A stretch of 64,000 bases of DNA. Origin: the human T2T-CHM13v2.0 reference genome, Homo sapiens. Position numbers and translations under genes: made by a program. The notes under the pieces were generated by a model. It was not told where the DNA came from and did not search any database. It worked only from the letters and a program-made list of their open reading frames with translations. Shown piece by piece: positions 54,182 to 64,000 of this stretch (position 1 is the first letter of the stretch; every line of letters begins with the position of its first letter). Location: assembly GCF_009914755.1 (NCBI RefSeq), contig NC_060932.1; one strand, written 5' to 3'.

Positions 54182-56022
54182 CTAAAGAATGAAAAAGAAA
54201 CTTGAAGCAAAGTATATGATCCACAATTTGGTGTACAATGTCATTCACAACAGTCTTACTGATATGACTTCTGGAGCTGATTTTTTTCATGTGTGAGCGT
54301 TTACCATTTTATGTTTAAGTTTATATCAATTTTTCAAATTACCTTTAAACTGTTAGGCCTGTAAAAAAAAAAAAAGAATTAATTCTGAAGGGAAATAAAA
54401 TTATCATGCAGGTCATTTAGCTTAAGATAAAAGTCATTTCATTGTATGCCCCAAGTCTTACTCAAAGAAAGTCTGTGAGTTCTTTTCAAGGCTCAGGAAT
54501 AGAATCCCAACTAAGCAGGGGGAACTCTTACTGTAATTTTAACTACCTGTATTCAATAGTCATGGTGATTTTGATTTGCTTTTCTTTTACTAATTTTTTT
54601 TCCTGTTCCATGGTTTCCATGGTGAATTCCTATAATACAGGTAGACTAATCCTATCTTCCTTTGAGTCAAACAGTTCCAGAGGTGATGTATCACAGTGGG
54701 CCCTATGAAATCCAATCAAACCAGGGAGAGGCTAGTTTCTAGTTTCAGAAAAGAAATTTACTCTCAGACAATATATAAGCTTCCAATAATTAGAAAGGAA
54801 AATCAGTTTAAAAGATTTAACGAGTTTTTATCTTCATAATTAGTCACATCATTTTGTTAAAAGGGAAAAAAACAGGCTTCAATGAGCCTTCTGTACCATA
54901 ATAACAGATTTGCATGGTGTGTTGCAGTTTACAAAGCTTTCTTACATCTAATTGCATTCTAATTTATATGGTGTCTGTTTACTTTTCTATCAGATTTTAG
55001 AACTCTGTTGTGATCACTCATAATCTGAAACTTGAAGCTATAAAGATGGCTAAGCAATAGCAGATAAATTGTCTTGAATAAAATATAACAGAGAATGATA
55101 ATGACAGCCCCGGAAGATGCTTGTTAATATATGATTCCACCTCTAGCATGATCTCAGAGCCGGGGCTTCAGAGATAACATTGATGTGAGACTCTACTGGA
55201 CTTAATTTGATTTTTAAAATTATTATTCAAAATCACTTCCTAGGAGACAGTATTATTATTTAAGTTTAGTTTTTAAAACCATTTCATCTCTACCACTATT
55301 GCTTTTAAACTTTTCTAGATTGCATTCTTACAGAAAAGCCTCTTTGCAGTCAACATCCACAGAAAAGAAATAGAAGCAATTGATCTGCAAGGACCTGCCT
55401 TTGAAATATTGACACATTGAGGTAAAATCAAATGCTTCACATTGTGAAAATAGCTAACGCTCTTGTTTGTGAAATTCAAATAAGCATTTCCTCATCATTT
55501 GCATAGATCCAGTTTCGCTTCCTAATTTCCATACTGCCACCTGGATGCATTCAGGCTGTTCTGTGACACAGTTGAACTAGTTTAGAAGGTTCCTCCTTTG
55601 TCTCTGGGCTCCTTTTCTTTTATTCCCCTAGGACTCTTTGCTGCAAATGATTTTATCTGAAGCTGTGTCTGAACAAAAATAGACAAATGGAGAACTGAGG
55701 CAATTATACTATTAATTCAAGCAGAGAAAAAAGCACTTCGCCTGAGTTATCTGGCATTTCCTGGCAAAAATCTTTTTCTATGTCAATGATCTAGAAGATT
55801 GCCTAACTTCTTTTCTTCAGGGGTGTAGATGTGGCCTATGTCACATGGCTCTCATTGCCTCATTTCCTGCTGCTTCAGACTGTGTCTATTCTAGGAAGGC
55901 TGACACATGATGAGAAGAGTCAGTGGTCCTGAGGTACAGTACTTAAGATAACCCTGTGAAGGCTGAGATTGATATTTGAAATTCACAACTGATCTTGGAG
56001 CCTGGTACAGCAGTCATGGTAA

Positions 56023-56367
<345 letters not shown>

Positions 56368-57666
56368 TGGACCAATACTTTTATTCATTCTTTTACTCAC
56401 TGAGTGCGTGCTCTGTGCTAGGTCTTGGAGATACAAAGATGACAATGTCTTGGCACTTGTACTAGCAGTTTAATACACATTAAGAAGTAGTTACAACACC
56501 ATACAATAAGTTTGAACAATGATTCCATTGAGGGGAAAAGCGTATACCCTCTAAAAGATTTAAAGTAATAGAAGCAGAGCCACAAAGGCAATTCTCCACG
56601 AATGCACTTCTTCTGTGTTATCTTGTTTGCTTTCGCCTACAATCCCTTAAAAATGACATAAGCCAGTTTCACTGGAGATTCATTTACTATCTCTTAAGGA
56701 TACTCGGTCTCTGAGAGTTGTGGGGTGGACACTTTCAACAGACCAGGGTTTGGCAGAGGTTTGTCATGCCTTTTTGCCAAGGGCTCACCCTGGCAGATGG
56801 CAACAGCTGTTTGTGATTGTCAAGAAAGTGCAGGAGGAGCCCTGCAAAAATGTCCTTTTTATTACACCATTGACTTCTTTCCTGAGAGTGGTTTTTCACT
56901 GTATCAGTGCATAATTGATTTTGCTAACGCATTTACTCTAATCATACAAAAACCTAATTACTCTATGTAATGAATCATTAACAATTTCCTTAAATTCATT
57001 TCAGTGTTTGCATGCTGGTATTCAATTTATGCTAATAAACCCAAAATATTCATGTCTTTAAGTCAGAGATTGCAGACTATGCTAAAAAATTTGTTTTACT
57101 AAATGTACATTTTAAATCTGTATTTTATAAAATACTGAGGTGTAAAGTCTGCAAGATTATTCTGAAATACACAGCATTCAAATTTTCTATTTACTTTTTA
57201 AGCAGAGTTCTTTTTATCTCCTTCACACTCCGAATTCACTTAGCTACAACAAAATGACACGTGGTCATGTTTAACTTAAGAGCATTAATTGGTGTTTGGT
57301 AATGAAAGATCAAAAGTGACTGATGTCAAACTTTTTCACTTTGATTTATTCACATTGAGATTCAGCCTTTGATTCATTTGCTGAAATAGATATTAGGAAT
57401 AAGTACCTTATTTTTATTACTAATGAGTACCTTATTTTATTATTTTAATCAAAGAAGAGGAAATTAAACCTTGAATTCTAGCCATAAAAATATATCACTA
57501 TAAAATCAGATTTTTTTACAGTACTGCCATTATTATTATTACCTTATTATTAAACACATACTATGCACTTAAGTGTCCATTTACTCTGATAAGTGCTTAA
57601 TGTTCACCAATTCATTTAATCATCTTCTAAACCTATGAGGTCAGTACTATTATTATACTCATTTTA

Positions 57667-58279
<613 letters not shown>

Positions 58280-59859
58280 GTGTAGCAGCTGTGTGTGATG
58301 CCCATGTCACAGCTTCTTGGGCTACTGATTTCTGAGCAGCTGTGGTGGGCAGCTGTGATGGACAGCTGTGGTGACAGTGGCATGCAATTACTAGTGTCTC
58401 ACTTCAAGCACATGTGGTAGTTGCTCTTTGCTTTTCTGCCTTAGGGCTTTCTCTGAAACACCTGTGCAGGTGTAACTTGGGATTGTGCTGGTGTTATCAT
58501 CTGGGGGAAACCTTCAACCAGGGTTCAACTTCCCTGTTATTTGATGGGACCATTCCAAGGGCATTCTTCACAATTCCTCTGTGTGTCCCCAGAGGGATTG
58601 AGTCTCAATTGCCTACAGTGGTAACTGGCTGGTACAGCAGGCCCTTATTCACCCTGCCTTCTCCCACTGGTTGAGGGTTGCCTAGAGTTCTTAACACCTC
58701 TGAAATTTCAGGCTGTGTTGTTAACTGAGCTTTAAAGAAAGCTTTGTGGCAGAGAAACAGAAACATCATCACGTGAGCTTGAGGTGGGATTCCGGTAACT
58801 ACACTGCAGACTTTGAACTGTCAGCAATAGTTGGCTGAAATCAATAACACACATCAGTTTTTATCACTTCCTTGTCTTACTCCTCATATTCTTTTTCCTA
58901 GCCTAGCCTCCCTTATAAACCACCTGTACCCAAGCCCTTATTTTAAGCTGTGCTTTCAAGGGAACTCAAACCAAGACATTAAGCTAGTAAGTCTGCTATA
59001 TTATATTGCAAATCCAATGAAACAGAACCAAAGGCTGAGTTTCAGTCCATTCTCATCCTTTGGCTGAGGATTCCCTCTACAGCGTGAATTCCATACTCAA
59101 CGATTTCATATTGATTTTTCAGGACTCTAAATTCTCTCACCTCTGTATCTTTTTCCAAACCCAATTGTGCATCTTTAATGATCAAATCATTCTTTTTTTT
59201 TTTTCTTATGCAGGAGCCATATTGGATTGTGAAAGGAACTCAGTTGACCTGGCCTATTGCAGATTTATTCTGAGAATTTCAATTCAGTCTTTGCTGCTGT
59301 TTGGAAATCTTTCATGAATCTTTTAATAACTTCCTTACATACATCTTGTTCCATTAAAGCCCCAAATTTGGCTTTGTCAGCTCTCTTTCTTCATAATCTT
59401 TAGGTAACATTTGATATCTTCATCATGAATTTTTTTTTCAACTTCCATGATTATATCACATTTACTACTCCTTTGATCTCTCTCTGACAGCTCTTTTTCT
59501 TTAATCTCCTAACATCTGATTTTCCTCCTCCCTCCAATCTGAGGCTAAGACTCATCATGGGTCCTTTTTCTATAACCACTCCCTGGGGAGCTCATTCACT
59601 TCCATATGGATGACATCTAAATTTCTCTTTCCAGCTCTGAGATATCCCTTAGGGCTCAGGGTCATTCTTCACTGCCTATTCAATTACTAATAAGGAAGCC
59701 ACAGTATCTTTGAGTAGCATTTTGCAGTTTAATATAATCTCTCTAAAAATGGAGTTTAAATTCATCTCTGACCCTCAAACTAGTCTCTCTTACCTGTCAT
59801 ACCACTGAATAGCTAGAAACGAGGAATCATCTTAAATTCTGTTCTCTTCTTCATTGCAT

Positions 59860-60420
59860 TGTTGGCTGTACACCCAGCATCCCTTACCCCTTTCCTCTTC
59901 TCTTAAACTCCAGTTTTGGTACAGTATCCAAATCCTCCCCTAGGCAGCCCATGTGGCTCAGAAGTCAAACTCTCTCCCAAGCCCAGGAAGGCACTAGAAT
60001 GGTCCAAGGAGAATCCTCTTTCTTCATGCCACATTGCTTTAGTAATTGGCATACAAACCAGTTAATGTCCCTGAGATTCAAGAAAAGATTTATTAGTGAT
60101 TCTCGGGAAATTCTTTATTGCATTTCTGAAAAAGCTTTCAGGAGTAATTCTTTCTCTATGTTTTTTCTTGCTTTTTCTCAGGATTTGTTCATGTGTGGAT
60201 GTGATGGAACTGAAGTCGCTAGGTTCATGCTACCTGGAACATGAGACTGACAAATAGAGGAGCACTGAGTCAAATGAATCTCGGAGAAATGGAGCTGGAA
60301 GAAAACTGGAGTAAGCCTGTCCCTGAAAGGGCACTACATTTGGATATCCAGCAGTGGGACTCAATATTTTTTCTTGTTGTTTAATCTCATTTCTGTTACT
60401 TGCAGCCAAAGGCTCTTAAT
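59860..60420 (+). mobile_element. Old MLT1 LTR inside an L2 remnant (~59400-60900)
   Basis: Ends in TTTCTGTTACTTGCAGCCAAAGGCTCTTAA, typical of an MLT1J/K 3' end. Confidence 0.5.
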
Positions 60421-61221
60421 GAGAAAATGGCTCTACCTAGTTTTCTGAAATTGCCTCAGTCTCTCCACTCTTCCCTATTACAAAGGTCATCTCTTTAATT
60501 CACATCCAATAACTGATAGTCTCTTGACTAATCTACATCCTCTCATTCTCTCCTAATTCACCTTTCATACTGTTGCCAGGTGACTTTTCCTAAAAGACAA
60601 CTTTCATGATGTCACTCTACTTCATAAATTCTTATAATGGTTTCTTTTTGCTTTTAGTCCAAACTCCTCAGGTTCGTTTTCAAGGCTTTTCATAATTGAA
60701 TTTCTTTTATATACCTAAGATGATTTCTCTGTGTTCCCAAATGTACAATTGACAGTCCTTCCTCCTGATGTTCTCTCCAGTAGGAAATGTTTGCTCTATG
60801 TAAATTCAGTATAGCTTTTAGTCTCTATTCAAGTTCTACCTTCTTCATAAACTTCTCCTGAATAGAATCAGCCTATAACCATTTAAACTGTCTTTATTAG
60901 GTGCACACTATGTGCCAGGTACTCAACAAGGCAGTGGAACTATGAAGACAGATAATCACAGTCCCTCTTGCCTCTGGGAGCAGGCAGTTGAATGCAATGC
61001 TTTTTAAAGTTTTAAGTAACGTGGTCATGCAAAATCTTATAGATATACATTTGAATGTACAGAGTTTAATTACCAAGCTAGTGAGACTTAATGTTTCAAT
61101 TAATAAAAAGTTTGGAATCAAGGTATATAGATAAGTATAGTGGTCTTATATTTAGCCTCAAACTGAAATTTATGTCTTATTTTATTATGGTTACTTAATA
61201 TTTTAAAAGACTATGATTCAT

Positions 61222-61670
<449 letters not shown>

Positions 61671-61676
61671 TTATAA

Positions 61677-62060
<384 letters not shown>

Positions 62061-62449
62061 TGAAATTTGCATAAAGTTATTTTATATTGCATAAGTTAAC
62101 ATGTTGATGGTATTCAGTGATAAATTTTATGTATATATATTATTTAAATCATTCATTTATTCAACATATAGTTATTTACCATGTGCTATTCTCAACAGCT
62201 AGTTATTTACCAAGGCCTTATTCTCAATCATGTACCCTCAATATGGTGATAATATGCCAAGGGAGAAAATATTAGTTATTGAGGGTGAAAAATGTTAGAT
62301 ATTGAAATGGTTTGTGGCCCCCCAAACATAATCATATATACAGCCTATCTGTGGTATTAAAATTTCATAGGGTGGCGATTAGGAAAAAAGATGCCTGAAA
62401 AAGTCCTAGGGGAACAATAATGAAAAAAATATTGAGAAATACTTTTTCA

Positions 62450-63660
62450 GATACTGGGAAAACAGCAATGAACAACACGGAAAAGAAAACCCCTGTCCCG
62501 ATGGAGGTGATTTTCTCATGGGGAGGATGAGCTAACAATAAACAAGATAAATAAGTAAAATATATAATGTGCTATGGAAAGAAAAAAAGCAGCACAGGAC
62601 AATGAGAACAGTCAATTAAAGGAAGGAGATAGGAAGTGGATGTGTGAGAGAAAGGGCATTGGCACTAGCTAAGGTGACCATGGAAATCTGAGTAAAGAAA
62701 TTCATGGTCGAGGGAGCAAGGGAGGAGCTCTCCAGAGATGGAACAGGCTGTGCAAAGGCCCTGTGGAGAGAGCGAACCTGGCACACCGGAGGACCAGCAA
62801 GCCTGTGTTCTGGGTGAGGAGGCCAGGAAGGGTATTAAAAGGCCATGCCAAAAAGTTCACATGGCCCAAGTCACAAGGGTTATGTAAAAACCTTTTGTAA
62901 TGTTCATGAGAAAAGAAGAAGTCATGGGTGTGTTCTGAGGAGGACATGATGTAATCTGACTTACGTTTTTACCAGGATCACTCTCAGCACAATGCTGAGA
63001 ATGGGCTGAACAAGGCAAAGGGAACGCCAAGCAACTAGTTGGGAGGGGTACTAGGTGGCTCAGGCTGCCAAAAGAAAATAGCACAGGCTGGGTGTCTTAA
63101 ACAACAGACATTTATTTCTCATGGTTTTGGAGGCCGTGAAGCATAAGACCAAAGTACCAGCAAGGTAAGTGTCACTGGGAGGCCTCTTCTCTTAGCTTAA
63201 AGGCAGCCACCATCTCGCCATGTGTTCATATGGCCTTCCCTTGATGGGTGTGCCTGGGTTGGGGGAGGAATTAGGAGAGGAAGAGGAAGAGAGGGAGAAA
63301 GAGAGCGCTTTCTTGTGAGCCTTCTAATAAGGACACTAATCCATTGTACCAGGGCTCCACCCTCATGACCTCATCTAACCTCCCAAAGGCCCTGTCTCCA
63401 AATACCAGCACATTGCAGGTTAGGGCTTCACTTATGAATTTTGGGGAGACATAGACATTCAGTCCACAACAAGAAGCTACTGCAATAATCCAGGTGAGGG
63501 ATGATGGGAGTTTGGACAACGTGGTATGGTAGACAGAAATGGTTGGACCGTGAATGGGGTTTTAAAGGTAGAGCAGACAGAGCAGTGTTGCTTGATCTAA
63601 TGTGGAAGATGAGAGAAGAGAGGAGTCAAAGATGTCTAAGGGTTTTGCATACACAGGTTA
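62450..63660 (-). mobile_element. L2 LINE interrupted by an MLT1A LTR
   Basis: TGTGCAAAGGCCCTGTGG...CAGGATCACTCT... resumes at AAGCTACTGCAATAATCCAGGTGAG. Confidence 0.75.
63050..63471 (-). mobile_element. MLT1A-type MaLR LTR
   Basis: GGCTGGGTGTCTTAAACAACAGACATTTATTTCTCA...AAGGACACTAATCC...CTCCACCCTCATGACCTCATCTAACC...CATTCAGTCCACAACA. Confidence 0.85.
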
Positions 63661-64000
63661 TCAGTATTATTTTTACTATGGTTTTCAATATTGATAAGTT
63701 GAACAGGATGCACCAAAGCACTTAAGATTCTTTGGAACACTAGAGTTTGAAAATGTTTGGTCTAAAGAGTCTTAATTTGTAAATAAATGTGAGAGGCATT
63801 TGAAATTAAATTTATTTTTGTTTGACACAATGGCTGGGAACACCTGGCATTTAAAGGACAGGGGCCAGGGATGTAAGCAATCTTACAATGCATGAGAGAG
63901 TTCTGCACAAAGAAAGAAATGTTCTGTCACTAATTCTAACAGCACTCCTATTGAGGAACACTGGTGGAGTTGTTTTCATGTATTTGTTATCTTTTTAAAA

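Noticed and set aside
56895-56970. Possible MADE-like mariner MITE
   Set aside because: Resemblance too weak; terminal inverted repeats not convincing by eye.

Overview
Primate (human or great-ape-like) nuclear DNA: AT-rich, dense in Alu, L1, L2, MIR, MaLR/ERV LTR and DNA-transposon relics. No protein-coding exon, RNA gene or CRISPR array could be supported. The one clear gene landmark is a CpG-island promoter at ~13.2-13.86 kb. Its first exon appears non-coding, lies on the minus strand and ends at a consensus donor (CCA|GTAAGT at 13197/13196). Positions 1-13196 are therefore probably intronic, and ~13.9-64 kb is upstream or intergenic. I could not identify the gene. The most unusual observations are: (i) an AluS copy with intact TSDs whose right arm carries a ~120 bp captured piece of an older Tigger3 end plus its flank (61379-61500), next to a tail-to-tail inverted Alu; (ii) a perfect 11 x 42 bp VNTR packed with RUNX-core motifs (35572-36033); (iii) uORF/start-stop architecture and a cryptic acceptor in the CpG-island exon; (iv) several perfect hairpins, one with a template-switch signature. 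I found no convincing evidence of a new biological system. Repeat family and subfamily calls come from recalled consensus sequences, and boundaries of old repeats are approximate.
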